A stretch of 64,000 nt of DNA from Corynebacterium sp. GTDB taxonomy: Bacteria; Actinomycetota; Actinomycetes; Mycobacteriales; Mycobacteriaceae. Location of the stretch: NCBI RefSeq assembly GCF_030532715.1, contig NZ_JAUNKO010000004.1:268372-332371 (forward strand), in the 5' to 3' direction. This document shows positions 22,519 to 32,855 of this stretch, one piece after another. The notes beneath the pieces were generated by a model. That model saw nothing but the letters and a program-made list of their open reading frames with translations, was not told the DNA's origin and searched no databases. A program made the translations under genes and the position numbers. Each line of letters begins with the position of its first letter. Position 1 is the first letter of the stretch.

Positions 22519-25500
22519 ATGACTGATTTCGAGCCTGCTCGGAGGTTTCAACAGGCCGCTGAGCCTGAGGTTTCGCTGGTAACGCAGCAGTTTTCGCCGC
22601 CGCGCGCCCCAAGCCCGCATGCGGTGCGAATTGTGGATGCGGCTGGTGCGGCGGCCAGTAGGTGGCGCGTGACTGGCCAAGAGGCGACAGGCGTGACGCG
22701 CATCGTTGTGGATGTGGTGCTGGAGTCCTTGCGTCGGGGCGCCGACCCGCGCGGCATCACCGTACTCACCCATTCGAACGAGTCGGCGACTCGACTGCGG
22801 CGGGAAATTGCACACCAATTGCCGCACGTGGGTTTTGTTTCTCAGGGGTCGCTGGTGCGTTCTGTGCAGGCATTTGCGCTTGCGATTGTTCGGCAGGCGG
22901 ACGCCCAAGCCCGCATGTTGAGCGGCGCGGAGCAGGACCAGCTGATTCGTTCGTTGTTGCAGGATCACGCGGCGCGTGATGGTGGGTCCTGGCCGGCGGC
23001 GCAGCGGGAGGCGCTTGGTTTCGTGGGGTTTGCGCGGGCGTTGCGGGATTTTGTGCGGTGTGCCCACGAGCGCGGGTTAACGCCCGAGCGGCTTGATCAG
23101 TTGGGGGTTACCCATGAGCGCCCGTTGTGGTGCGCCGCGGGTGAGTTTTTGCGCGAATACGACCAGACCATGCGGGAGGCGGGTTTTCGAGGTTATAGCG
23201 CGGCTGAGGTGGTGCCCGCCGCGGTGCGCGCCCTTGAGGCCGACTCCGAGTTGTTGGCCGCCGTGCGTGCGCCGCTTCGCGCCTTGCTTATCGACGACGC
23301 GCAGCACCTCGACCCCTATACAGCCAAGCTTGTGCGGTTGCTCATGCCCGCGGATGGGTTGTCGGTGCTTGCTGGCCATCCGGCGCAGTCCGTGTTTCGG
23401 TCCCGCGGGGCCCGCCCCGATCTGTTGGACACGATTGAGGTGGACCATGAAATTACCGTGACGGAACCGCTGTTGGCTCCAGAGAAGTTTGCGGTGGTGG
23501 CGGATACGCCCGGTACGCAGATCTCCGTGGTGGCGGATGCCCTGCGGCGCGCTCATCTCTTGGAGGGAGTCCCGTGGCAGGACATGGCGGTGATTGTGCG
23601 GACGCCCGGCCAATTGGGTGGGGCGCGCCGCGGCTTGCTCGCCGCCGGGGTGCCGGTGCATCTTGACCCTGGGGATGTGGTGCTCGCGGAACAACGCGTG
23701 GTCACCTCCCTCATGTTGGGGTTGTGCGCTCTGCACCGTGAGCTGACGGGGGAGGAGTTGGAGGAGCTGGCGCTCGGCCCAGTCGGGGGCGCGGATCCGG
23801 TGACGTTGCGCCGCTTGCTCCGCGGCTTGCGGCAGGGTGAATTGGCCAGTGGCGGCCAACGTCGCGCGTTGGAGGTGTTTGCTGATCTTGTGCTGCCGTC
23901 CCGCGCGTCGTCTTGGGAGGACTCGACCCAGGCGGATACTCAAGATCCGCCCGCTGACCCCGTGATTGAACGGTTGTCGGAGGGGGAGTTGGCGGTATTG
24001 GATCGGATTCGCACGGTGCTGCGAGCCGGTTTTTCCGCGCGTAACCAGCCGGTGGAGGAGGCGTTGTGGGCGCTGTGGGACGCGACCGGCCTAGAGCATC
24101 GGCTGTCGAGGGAGGCGCTCCACGGCGGTGCGCGTGGTGCGCGGGCGGATCGTGACCTTGACGTGGTGATGGCATTGTTCGATGCCGCCAGTGAATTTTC
24201 CGGCCGCGTGCACGATCGCGCCGAATCCGATACTGACGATCCGGGGGCGGAGATCGCGGAATTTGTGCAGCAGGTGCAGGAGCAGGAGTCTGCGATCGGG
24301 GTGCGTCAGCGCCGCGGTGGGCAGCCGGAGGCGGTGCCGTTGCTTACGGTGCACGCCGCTGGTGGCAGGCATTGGCACACGGTGTGCGTGATGGGCGTGC
24401 AGGAGGGGGTGTGGCCCCAGCTCGGCACGATGGGTGGATTGTTCGGGCAAGAGGAACTTGTGGCCCTCGTCGACGATGACATTGATCCGAATCACCCGCG
24501 GAGCCGCGCCGTCGAGCATTTGAACGAGGAGCGTTGCTTGTTCGCCATGGCGTGCACGCGGGCTGAGAAGAAGTTGCTGGTCACCGCAGTGGAAAGCCCG
24601 GATTCGCATGATGTGATGGAGCCCTCCCGATTCCTGGAAGAACTGGGGGTGCCGGTGGCCAAGCCGGGGGACCAAGTGCGGGTGCTGTCGGTGCCGTCGG
24701 TGATTGCGGAGTTGCGGCGCGCGGTGTCGGACGGCGGGCTGCGGGAGGGGAGGCGTCGGCAAGCGGCGTGGCAGTTGGCGCGCTTAGCTCACGCCGGTGT
24801 GTTCGGCGCTCATCCCGAGCAGTGGTGGGGCCAATGCCCGCCTATCGACGCCGCCCTCGTCGACCCAAGCGAACCGGCGGTACTCTCCCCGTCGCGCATT
24901 GAGGCCATCGCGCAATGCCCGCTGAAAGCTACGCTCGGAAACTTGGAAACGGAGGAAGATACGCCCATTCACCTGCTCCGCGGCACCCTCGTACATGCGT
25001 TCGCGGAGGCGGTGGCGCGGGGGGTGGATGCGCAGCAAGCCCAACACATTGTCACGCAGGCGTACAGCCAACTGCTCAACGAACCCGCCTGGAAGCTGCC
25101 GTCCACGCTGGAGGAGTGGGATCATCTGCTTTCGCGCACCAACCTCTGGCTTGCTACGAGCCGCAGCGTGTACACGCAGGTCGGGGTGGAGATTCCGTTA
25201 CAGGTGGAAGTGGGCGCCACTGCGGACGGGCAACCGGTGATCATTCGTGGCCGCATGGACCGGTTGGAGCGTGAAGCTTCCGGAGCTCTCGTCGTGGTGG
25301 ATTTGAAAACTGGCACCACTATGCCGTCGAACAAAACAATGAGCGAACACGCCCAGCTGGCGGCCTATCAGCTGGCGTTGTCACGCGGGGTGGTGGACGG
25401 CGCTCGCGTCCGCACGGCCCGCACCGAGGAGAAACCCGCGCCGGTTGGCGGTGGGCTGCTCGTGTTCCCCGCACCAGTGCAGGCAAAAGTGCCGGTGCGG

Positions 25501-25677
25501 ATGCAAGCCCCGCTGTCGGACGAAAACCTTGACGAACTAGCGGCAACACTGCCGCACCTCGCGCTGGAGATCCGCGGCCCGCAGCTGCCCGTGCGCGTCA
25601 ACGAAACCTGCACGCACTGTAGCCTGCGCCCCGTGTGCCCCCTGCAACCCGAAGGACGAATGACCACCCATGTGTAG
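22519..25677 (+). CDS. adnA: helicase-nuclease subunit AdnA (UvrD-like motor plus C-terminal RecB-type nuclease)
   Basis: About 1050 aa. The UvrD-like core has a degenerate Walker A. The C-terminal nuclease has a Cys cluster (CTHCSLRPVCP). It is paired with the downstream adnB. Confidence 0.75.
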   Translation: MTDFEPARRFQQAAEPEVSLVTQQFSPPRAPSPHAVRIVDAAGAAASRWRVTGQEATGVTRIVVDVVLESLRRGADPRGITVLTHSNESATRLRREIAHQLPHVGFVSQGSLVRSVQAFALAIVRQADAQARMLSGAEQDQLIRSLLQDHAARDGGSWPAAQREALGFVGFARALRDFVRCAHERGLTPERLDQLGVTHERPLWCAAGEFLREYDQTMREAGFRGYSAAEVVPAAVRALEADSELLAAVRAPLRALLIDDAQHLDPYTAKLVRLLMPADGLSVLAGHPAQSVFRSRGARPDLLDTIEVDHEITVTEPLLAPEKFAVVADTPGTQISVVADALRRAHLLEGVPWQDMAVIVRTPGQLGGARRGLLAAGVPVHLDPGDVVLAEQRVVTSLMLGLCALHRELTGEELEELALGPVGGADPVTLRRLLRGLRQGELASGGQRRALEVFADLVLPSRASSWEDSTQADTQDPPADPVIERLSEGELAVLDRIRTVLRAGFSARNQPVEEALWALWDATGLEHRLSREALHGGARGARADRDLDVVMALFDAASEFSGRVHDRAESDTDDPGAEIAEFVQQVQEQESAIGVRQRRGGQPEAVPLLTVHAAGGRHWHTVCVMGVQEGVWPQLGTMGGLFGQEELVALVDDDIDPNHPRSRAVEHLNEERCLFAMACTRAEKKLLVTAVESPDSHDVMEPSRFLEELGVPVAKPGDQVRVLSVPSVIAELRRAVSDGGLREGRRRQAAWQLARLAHAGVFGAHPEQWWGQCPPIDAALVDPSEPAVLSPSRIEAIAQCPLKATLGNLETEEDTPIHLLRGTLVHAFAEAVARGVDAQQAQHIVTQAYSQLLNEPAWKLPSTLEEWDHLLSRTNLWLATSRSVYTQVGVEIPLQVEVGATADGQPVIIRGRMDRLEREASGALVVVDLKTGTTMPSNKTMSEHAQLAAYQLALSRGVVDGARVRTARTEEKPAPVGGGLLVFPAPVQAKVPVRMQAPLSDENLDELAATLPHLALEIRGPQLPVRVNETCTHCSLRPVCPLQPEGRMTTHV

Positions 25678-28600
25678 CCGCATCTCACCCGTTGCACTGT
25701 CTCAAGCACTTAACCAGAAATTCCCGCCGACCGAGCAGCAGGCCGCCGTGATTGGCGCGGATACCGGTCCGATGCTGGTGGTGGCCGGCGCCGGCGCCGG
25801 CAAAACCGAAACCATGGCGGCGCGCGTCGTGTGGCTGGTGGCCAATGGCCTGGCCACTCCGGAGCAGGTGCTGGGGTTAACGTTCACCCGCAAGGCTGCG
25901 CAACAACTTTCGCAACGCATCCGAAACAGGCTGGGGACCCTCGCTGCCATCGACGGCCTGCGTGACCTTGACCCCGACGGGAAGGTTGAGGAAGCGTTGC
26001 AGGCCATCACCCCGACCGTGTCCACCTACGATTCCTTCGCTGGCCGCGTGGTGGGGGAGTTCGGCTTATTGTTGCCGGTGGAGCCGTCCGCCCGGGTGAT
26101 TAGCCAGACGGAGCTATTTCAAATTGCGTGGGATTTGGTGCGCGATTACGGCGGGCAGTTGACCACCACCGCCAGTCCGGCGTCAGTAACGGATACGCTG
26201 CTGAATCTCACCGGCAGCATTGATAACCACATGGTGAGTTTGAACGACATTGTGGAGGAAACCGAGCCGCTACTCCGCCTGTTTCAAGAGTTGCCGAAAG
26301 CGCCGCGCCAGCGGGATAACCTCAGCAAAGAAAGCCAGAACATTTGCGATCGCCAACGACTGCGGTTGGAATACCTACCGCTGGTGCGGGCCCTGAAAAC
26401 CACCCTGGCGGAGCGAAACGTGGTGACCTTCGGGGAACAAATGTCGCTGGCAGCCCGGCTCGCGCAAAGCTGCCCGAGCGTGGGGGAGACGCTGCGTCGA
26501 CGCTTCCGGGTGGTCATGCTGGACGAATACCAAGACACCAGCCACGCCCAACGGGTGCTATTACGCAACCTGTTTGGCAATGGCACGGACCCCGAGCTGA
26601 CGGTCACCGCGGTGGGGGACCCCATGCAATCCATTTACGGGTGGCGCGGCGCCACGGCCGCCAACCTCCAACACTTTATGACGGATTTTCCGCGCACGGC
26701 CCCCGACGGTAACGCCAGCCCCGCCCCCAAGAAGCAACTCACCGTGAGTTGGCGCAACCCGGCGGAGGTGCTGGATTTGGCCAACGGGGTTTCACGCGAA
26801 GTGTTGGGTCCCGCCGGCGCGCCGAGTCGCACGGTGGAGCCACTCGATGCACGCCCAGGCGCGACCCCCGGCGAGGTGCATCTTGGTTGGTTTGACACGG
26901 CAGCCAATGAACAAGCGTGGGTGGCGGACCGGCTGGCCGCCGAGTACCACGCCCGCAAAGAGCAGGGCAAGGAATTTACCGGCGCGGTGCTGGTGCGCAA
27001 GAACCGCCACAGTGCGTCCATGGCGGCGCAATTGCAGCAGCGCGGCATCCCGGTGGAGGTGGTGAGCCTTTCGGGATTGCTGGAGGTGCCGGAGGTGGCG
27101 GACGTGGTGGCGTTCGCCGCGATGCTGGTCAACCCGATGGATACGGCGTCGGCGTTGCGTATTCTCGCCGGCCCGCACGTGGGGGTTGGCGCGAAGGATT
27201 TGCTGGAGCTGGGGCGCCGGGTGCGGAGCTTGGCGGGGCGTGCGACGGAGGACTTGCCGCCGGTGGCCGCGGACCCGCTTGAGCGGTTGCACCAGATTGT
27301 GGCGGAGACGATGCGGGCTGAGCCGGAGGCACAGGTTGGGCTTGCGGACGCGGTGGCGGATTTGGGCGACCCCCAGGCCTACACCCCGGACGGCTATGAG
27401 CGCCTCAGCGTGCTTGCCGACGAACTGCGCCACGTGCGCGCCCGCAGCTTGGGGCAGCCGCTGCCGGATTTGTTTGCGGAAATTGAGCGGGTGATGGGCG
27501 TGCGCACGGAGGTGCTAGCCCGCCAGGATCCGCGTGCCGACGGCGCGTCCGGCACCGTCCACCTCGACCGCCTCGCCGAGGAAGTCACCGCGTATGCCAG
27601 TGTGCCGGGCGCCTCCCTGAAAGGCTTGTTGGCGTACTTTCACTTGGCCAAGGAGAAGGACAAGGGCTTCGCGCGCGGCGAGGTGCAGGTCACGGCGGAC
27701 CGGGTGCAGATCCTCACCGCCCACGCCGCCAAAGGGTTGGAGTGGGATGTGGTGTGTGTGCTCCACGCCGCGAACACCACCTATGAGGACGCCAGCACCA
27801 GCCGGGTGAAGGTGGACACGTGGGTGACCAAGGTGGCGGAAATCCCATCTTCCCTCCGCGGGGACGCGGACTTTGAGGGGGCCGGCGGCGCACCGGTGTT
27901 GGACGTCACGCACGCGGAAAACCGCAAGGAGTTGGAGGAGGCGATCCAAGCCCACCGCACTGACTTCAAACTTGGGGTGTTTGAGGAAACCACCAGGTTG
28001 TTTTACGTGGCGCTGACGCGTTCGGAACGGGTGCTGTACGTGACAGGTTCGATGCTCACGGACACCGGCACCGAAGGCGCGCCCTATCACGGCCTCAGCT
28101 TGCTGAAAGACCTCGCCCCGACATGCGTGGACCAGTGGTTCGAAGGCGCAGGCGTGTCGGATATTGAACCCCCCGCCCCGCCCAGCGGCTCGTTCCCCGC
28201 GCCGGCGTTTACCGCCAACGGAGAAGGCATCGCGGAAGGGGCGGAGTTGGTGCGCCAAGCGTTCCGCGCCGAGCAGCCGCCGCTCGACTCGGACGAGGCG
28301 GCGGCCCAGTGGGGCCGCGAAGTTGACGCGCTCATTGCAGAGCACGAGCGTGCGAATAACCCTGTGGTGTCGGTGCCCATCGATGTTGAGCTCACCGCCA
28401 GCGACATGGTGGCGTTGCGCAATAGCCCGGAGCAGTTCGCCCGCCGGCAGCGCCGGCCCGTGCCGCTGAAACCAAACACGTTTGCCAAGCGGGGGACGGC
28501 GTTGCACCAGTGGATCGAAGACCGCTACGGGATGCGTAGTTGCAGCGATGCCGACCAGCTTGACCAGGATGATCAGTGTGACGTGGGGGGCGCGGAGTTG

Positions 28601-28954
28601 GAACGGCTGAAGGAACAGTTTTTGGCCAGTGGGTGGGCGTCGAAACGCCCAGAGTTTGTGGAGCACCCGTTCGAGGTGTCCGTTGGTGCGCACGTGGTTC
28701 GGGGCCGCATGGACGCGGTGTTCCGTGACGGTGACGGCTGGCTGGTGGTGGACTGGAAAACCGGTGCCCCGCCGAAGGGGGCGGCGATGCGCGCGGCGAT
28801 GGTGCAACTGTCGGTGTATCGGCACGCGTGGGCGAAATTGCGGGGCGTGGATCCGGCGACGGTGCGCGCCGCATTCCACTATGTTGGTTGGAATCACACC
28901 TTTGAGCCGGATCACCTGCCACAATTAGAGGAACTGGAAGCAATGCTGAGGTAG
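25670..28954 (+). CDS. adnB: helicase-nuclease subunit AdnB (UvrD-like ATPase plus RecB-type nuclease)
   Basis: Walker A is present (GAGAGKTET), with UvrD motifs and a C-terminal nuclease (MDAVFRDGDGWLVVDWKTG). Its start overlaps the adnA stop (ATGTGTAG). Confidence 0.85.
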   Translation: MCSRISPVALSQALNQKFPPTEQQAAVIGADTGPMLVVAGAGAGKTETMAARVVWLVANGLATPEQVLGLTFTRKAAQQLSQRIRNRLGTLAAIDGLRDLDPDGKVEEALQAITPTVSTYDSFAGRVVGEFGLLLPVEPSARVISQTELFQIAWDLVRDYGGQLTTTASPASVTDTLLNLTGSIDNHMVSLNDIVEETEPLLRLFQELPKAPRQRDNLSKESQNICDRQRLRLEYLPLVRALKTTLAERNVVTFGEQMSLAARLAQSCPSVGETLRRRFRVVMLDEYQDTSHAQRVLLRNLFGNGTDPELTVTAVGDPMQSIYGWRGATAANLQHFMTDFPRTAPDGNASPAPKKQLTVSWRNPAEVLDLANGVSREVLGPAGAPSRTVEPLDARPGATPGEVHLGWFDTAANEQAWVADRLAAEYHARKEQGKEFTGAVLVRKNRHSASMAAQLQQRGIPVEVVSLSGLLEVPEVADVVAFAAMLVNPMDTASALRILAGPHVGVGAKDLLELGRRVRSLAGRATEDLPPVAADPLERLHQIVAETMRAEPEAQVGLADAVADLGDPQAYTPDGYERLSVLADELRHVRARSLGQPLPDLFAEIERVMGVRTEVLARQDPRADGASGTVHLDRLAEEVTAYASVPGASLKGLLAYFHLAKEKDKGFARGEVQVTADRVQILTAHAAKGLEWDVVCVLHAANTTYEDASTSRVKVDTWVTKVAEIPSSLRGDADFEGAGGAPVLDVTHAENRKELEEAIQAHRTDFKLGVFEETTRLFYVALTRSERVLYVTGSMLTDTGTEGAPYHGLSLLKDLAPTCVDQWFEGAGVSDIEPPAPPSGSFPAPAFTANGEGIAEGAELVRQAFRAEQPPLDSDEAAAQWGREVDALIAEHERANNPVVSVPIDVELTASDMVALRNSPEQFARRQRRPVPLKPNTFAKRGTALHQWIEDRYGMRSCSDADQLDQDDQCDVGGAELERLKEQFLASGWASKRPEFVEHPFEVSVGAHVVRGRMDAVFRDGDGWLVVDWKTGAPPKGAAMRAAMVQLSVYRHAWAKLRGVDPATVRAAFHYVGWNHTFEPDHLPQLEELEAMLR

Positions 28955-29003
28955 CCGTTATGGTTGAGTTCGTTTCCCATGAGTGCACGAAGGAGTAGGC
29001 GGC

Positions 29004-30080
29004 ATGCGCAAGTCGTTCCGTCAACGGTTCCGGGTCGAACCCGAGCTGGATGATCTGCCTGATCACGCGCTGCTCAATATCATTCGGATCCCCGAGCAGG
29101 GCACCTACAGCCCGTGGGCGTTGATTACGCGGCGGGTGGCGTACGCGCTGCTCATTATGGCCGCCGTGTCCGCCTTGGTGTATGTGGATAAGGACGGCTA
29201 CAGCGAAGACTTAACGTTTATTGACGCCGTGTATTACGCGGCAGTGTCCTTGTCTACCACCGGATACGGCGATATCACTCCGGTGACGCAGCATGCCCGG
29301 CTGATCAACATTACGATTATCACTCCGGTTCGTATCGCGTTCCTGATCCTGTTGGTCGGCACCACCTTGTCCGTGCTCACTGAGGAAACTCGGCGGGCGC
29401 TGCAAATCCAGCGTTGGAGAAAGAAGATGCGCAATCACACTGTTGTTGTCGGGTATGGCACCAAGGGTCGGTCGGCCGTGGCGGCGCTGCTTGCCGACGG
29501 CACCCCACCCAACCAGATCGTGGTGGTGGACACCAACCAACTTGCCCTCGATATGGCCTCCAGCCAGGGACTGGTCACGGTGCAGGGGTCCGCGACGAAA
29601 GCGGACGTGTTGAAACTGGCCGGCGTGACGCGGGCGCGCGCCGTGGTGGTGGCGCCAAACAAGGACGATACCGCCGTGCTGGTCACCTTGTCCGTGCGCG
29701 AAATCGCCCCCAGTGCGACGATTGTGGCGAGCGTGCGCGAGTCGGAAAACCTGCACCTGCTGAAGCAATCCGGTGCGGACTCGGTGGTGATTTCCTCCGA
29801 AACCGCCGGCCGTATGCTTGGGCTTGCCACCGTCACCCCGTCGGTGGTGGAAATGATGGAGGATTTGCTGTCGCCCGATGAGGGGTTCTCCATTGCCGAG
29901 CGGGTGGTGCGGGAGGACGAGGTGGGGGCCAACCCCCGCCACCTAGCCGATATTGTGTTGGGCGTGGTGCGTTCCGGTGAGCTGTACCGCATTGATTCGG
30001 CGGAGGCGGAAATTGTTGAGCCGGGTGACCGCCTGCTGTATGTGCGCCGCGTGTTCAACGAAGAAGTGCGCGAATTGTGA
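29004..30080 (+). CDS. potassium channel with RCK/TrkA-N domain (Rv3200c-like)
   Basis: It has the TTGYGD selectivity filter, two TM helices and a Rossmann GxGxxG (VVGYGTKG). Confidence 0.85.
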   Translation: MRKSFRQRFRVEPELDDLPDHALLNIIRIPEQGTYSPWALITRRVAYALLIMAAVSALVYVDKDGYSEDLTFIDAVYYAAVSLSTTGYGDITPVTQHARLINITIITPVRIAFLILLVGTTLSVLTEETRRALQIQRWRKKMRNHTVVVGYGTKGRSAVAALLADGTPPNQIVVVDTNQLALDMASSQGLVTVQGSATKADVLKLAGVTRARAVVVAPNKDDTAVLVTLSVREIAPSATIVASVRESENLHLLKQSGADSVVISSETAGRMLGLATVTPSVVEMMEDLLSPDEGFSIAERVVREDEVGANPRHLADIVLGVVRSGELYRIDSAEAEIVEPGDRLLYVRRVFNEEVREL

Positions 30081-30808
30081 CCTCCTACATCCTCGTCGAC
30101 GCCGCCGATCGCATCCTCCCAACCCCCGAAGGCAGCCCCTTGTGGCCCACCGCCCCCGGCTGCCTGTTCGAAGTGCGTATCGACGCCGCGCACTGGGCAG
30201 CGCGCCTGCCTACCGTGCACCCCGAGAGCGTGGAGCCGCGCGCCTTCTTCGACACCCCGCACGCGTTTACGATCAGCCAGGCCGTGGCGCTGGTACGCCA
30301 CCGAGAAGCCTTCGCCTTTGATCCATGCACCGGCGAGGAGCTGGTGTGGTCCGAGGACAACACCAGGGTGTTTGGTTCAGGGGGCCGCGAATTGTTTCCC
30401 CGCATCGATCCCGCCGTCATCGGGCTGATTGAGCACGCGGAGCGGCCGCGCCTCCTCGTGGGCCGCAACATCCGGCGCGACTACTTCTCCTTAATCGCCG
30501 GCTATATCGCACCCGGTGAAACCATGGAGCAAGCCTTCGCGAGGGAGGCGTGGGAGGAAACAGGGCGTAGGGTGAGCAACATTTCCTATGTGGCCAGTCA
30601 ACCGTGGCCAACCTCAAGTTCGTTGATGTTCGGGGTGCGGGCCACCACCACCGATGACACCCCGGTTGGGGAGTGCGACGGTGAACTCGCCGAGATACGG
30701 TGGATCACCGCCGCCGACATTTCGGGCAACACCCTGCCATTAGCGCCGCTGGGTTCCCTGGCGCACCGCATGATTTCCAAGTGGGCAAGCACGCATGATC
30801 AACCTTAA
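30077..30808 (+). CDS. nudC: NAD+ diphosphatase (Nudix)
   Basis: The Nudix box is GYIAPGETMEQAFAREAWEETG. The GTG start overlaps the channel stop (GTGA). Confidence 0.8.
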   Translation: MTSYILVDAADRILPTPEGSPLWPTAPGCLFEVRIDAAHWAARLPTVHPESVEPRAFFDTPHAFTISQAVALVRHREAFAFDPCTGEELVWSEDNTRVFGSGGRELFPRIDPAVIGLIEHAERPRLLVGRNIRRDYFSLIAGYIAPGETMEQAFAREAWEETGRRVSNISYVASQPWPTSSSLMFGVRATTTDDTPVGECDGELAEIRWITAADISGNTLPLAPLGSLAHRMISKWASTHDQP

Positions 30809-32855
30809 TGAGCTCGACGACGACCAACGCATCGCCGCCACCGCGCCTCGCGGCCCCGTGTGCATTTTGGCGGGCGCTGGGACTGGAAAAACCCGCACCA
30901 TTACCTACCGGATCGCCCATTTGATTGGTTCGGGGTTTGTGAGCCCCAACCGCGTCCTCGCCGTGACGTTTACCGCCCGCGCCGCCGGAGAAATGCGCCA
31001 CCGGCTGGGCCTCATGGGCATCGGCGGGGTGCACGCCCGCACATTTCACGCGGCGGCCCGCCGCCAATTGCGCTACTTTTGGCCGCAGGTGGCGGGCGAT
31101 TTGCCGTGGCAACTTGTGGACAATAAATTCCCCCTCGTGGGCCGTGCCGTGCGCAGCGCCGGAGTTGAATCCACCACGGAAACTGTGCGCGACGTGCTGA
31201 GCGAAATCGAATGGGCGAAATCCTCTTTGATTGCCCCCGAAGCCTACGCGGAGCGCATCAACGGCACCCATCGCACGCCGCCGTTGCCCGCCGAAACCGT
31301 GGCGCGGATTTACCAGCGCTACGAGCAATCCAAGATCGCCCCAGAGGGCGTGCTGTTGGATTTTGATGACTTGCTGATTCACACCGCCGGGGCGTTGGAG
31401 AATTCGCCAGCCGTTGCCGAGGAATTCCGCGCCCAATACCGCAGCTTCGTGGTCGACGAGTACCAAGATGTCACCCCGTTGCAGCAGCGCGTGTTAGAGG
31501 CGTGGCTGGGGGAGCGAGACGACCTCACTGTGGTGGGAGACGCCAACCAAACAATCTATTCGTTTACCGGCGCCACCCCGCACTACCTGCTGGATTTTTC
31601 CCGCACCTACCCGGACGCGGTGGTGACAAGACTGCAGCGGGACTACCGTTCCACCCCGCAGGTCACCCGCCTAGCCAACACCATCATCGGCCAGGCGAGT
31701 GGCCGCGTGGCTGGCACCCGCCTCGAATTAGTGGGCATGCGTCCCGCCGGACCGGACCCCGAGTTCCGCGCCTACGACGATGAGCCGAGTGAGGCCCGCG
31801 AAGTGGCGGGCAAGATCCTGACGCTGCTGCAGCGCGGGGTGCCCGCCTCCGAGATCGCCGTGCTCTACCGCATCAATGCTCAATCCGCGGTATTTGAACA
31901 AGCGCTCGCGGATGCCGGCATTGTCTACCAGGTGCGCGGTGGCGAGGGGTTTTTCCAACGGCCCGAGGTGCGGCAAGCGATCACCCAATTGGTCCGCGCC
32001 GCCAACACCACCACCTTCCCGCCGGAGGCAGTGGGCAAAGAATTGCACCGCGTGGCGCGGGCGGTGCTCGCGCCCATGGGGCTCACCCCCACCGAACCTT
32101 CCGGTGCGCAAGCCAGGGAACGATGGCAATCGTTAACCGCCTTGGTGGAGCTCATCGACGAGCTCGGCCAAGCCACCCCGGATCTGGATATTCATGGCGT
32201 GTTGCAGCAACTCAAGGAACGCGCCGAGGCGAAACACCCGCCCACCATGGAGGGCGTGACGCTCGCGTCCTTACACGCCGCCAAGGGCCTGGAATGGGAC
32301 GCGGTTTTCCTCGTGGGGTTGGTGGACGGCACGCTACCAATCACGCACGCCATCAAAGCGGGGGATGAAAACATTGAGGAGGAACGACGCCTGTTCTATG
32401 TTGGCGTGACCCGCGCGCGGGAATACCTGCACTGTTCCTGGGCGTTGGCCCGACAAGAAGGAGGCCGCAAATCCCGCACGAGGTCCCGCTTCCTCGACGG
32501 CATCGCGCCGGAGCCGGAGCCCATCGCAGCGGCAACAAAGACGCGGGTAAAAAAATGCCGGGTGTGCGGCATGCCCTTGGAATCCACCACCGCGAAAGTT
32601 CTTGGCCGTTGTGAGGATTGCCCCTCGGAGGCCGACGCCGCCACGTTTGACGCCCTGCGCGCCTGGCGCAGCGAAGTCGCCCGCGAGCTGCAGGTGCCCG
32701 CCTACATTGTGTTTTCAGATGCCACCTTGACCTCAGTTGCGGAGCGAATGCCCACCACCGAGGCGGAACTTTTGGATATTGCGGGCATCGGGCCCGTGAA
32801 GGTTGAGCGCTACGGTGCTGGGTTGCTTGCCGTGATCGCCGGGCTGTCTCGCTAG
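30795..32855 (+). CDS. uvrD2: ATP-dependent DNA helicase UvrD2 (with C-terminal CxxC…CxxC and HRDC domain)
   Basis: Walker A (GAGTGKTRT), a tetracysteine module (CRVCGMPL…CEDCP) and an HRDC-like tail are present. It overlaps nudC by 14 nt. Confidence 0.9.
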   Translation: MINLNELDDDQRIAATAPRGPVCILAGAGTGKTRTITYRIAHLIGSGFVSPNRVLAVTFTARAAGEMRHRLGLMGIGGVHARTFHAAARRQLRYFWPQVAGDLPWQLVDNKFPLVGRAVRSAGVESTTETVRDVLSEIEWAKSSLIAPEAYAERINGTHRTPPLPAETVARIYQRYEQSKIAPEGVLLDFDDLLIHTAGALENSPAVAEEFRAQYRSFVVDEYQDVTPLQQRVLEAWLGERDDLTVVGDANQTIYSFTGATPHYLLDFSRTYPDAVVTRLQRDYRSTPQVTRLANTIIGQASGRVAGTRLELVGMRPAGPDPEFRAYDDEPSEAREVAGKILTLLQRGVPASEIAVLYRINAQSAVFEQALADAGIVYQVRGGEGFFQRPEVRQAITQLVRAANTTTFPPEAVGKELHRVARAVLAPMGLTPTEPSGAQARERWQSLTALVELIDELGQATPDLDIHGVLQQLKERAEAKHPPTMEGVTLASLHAAKGLEWDAVFLVGLVDGTLPITHAIKAGDENIEEERRLFYVGVTRAREYLHCSWALARQEGGRKSRTRSRFLDGIAPEPEPIAAATKTRVKKCRVCGMPLESTTAKVLGRCEDCPSEADAATFDALRAWRSEVARELQVPAYIVFSDATLTSVAERMPTTEAELLDIAGIGPVKVERYGAGLLAVIAGLSR

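Noticed and set aside
27515-28924. 469-aa minus ORF antisense to adnB
   Set aside because: adnB helicase and nuclease motifs are on the plus strand. The antisense translation is His/Arg-rich with no motifs.
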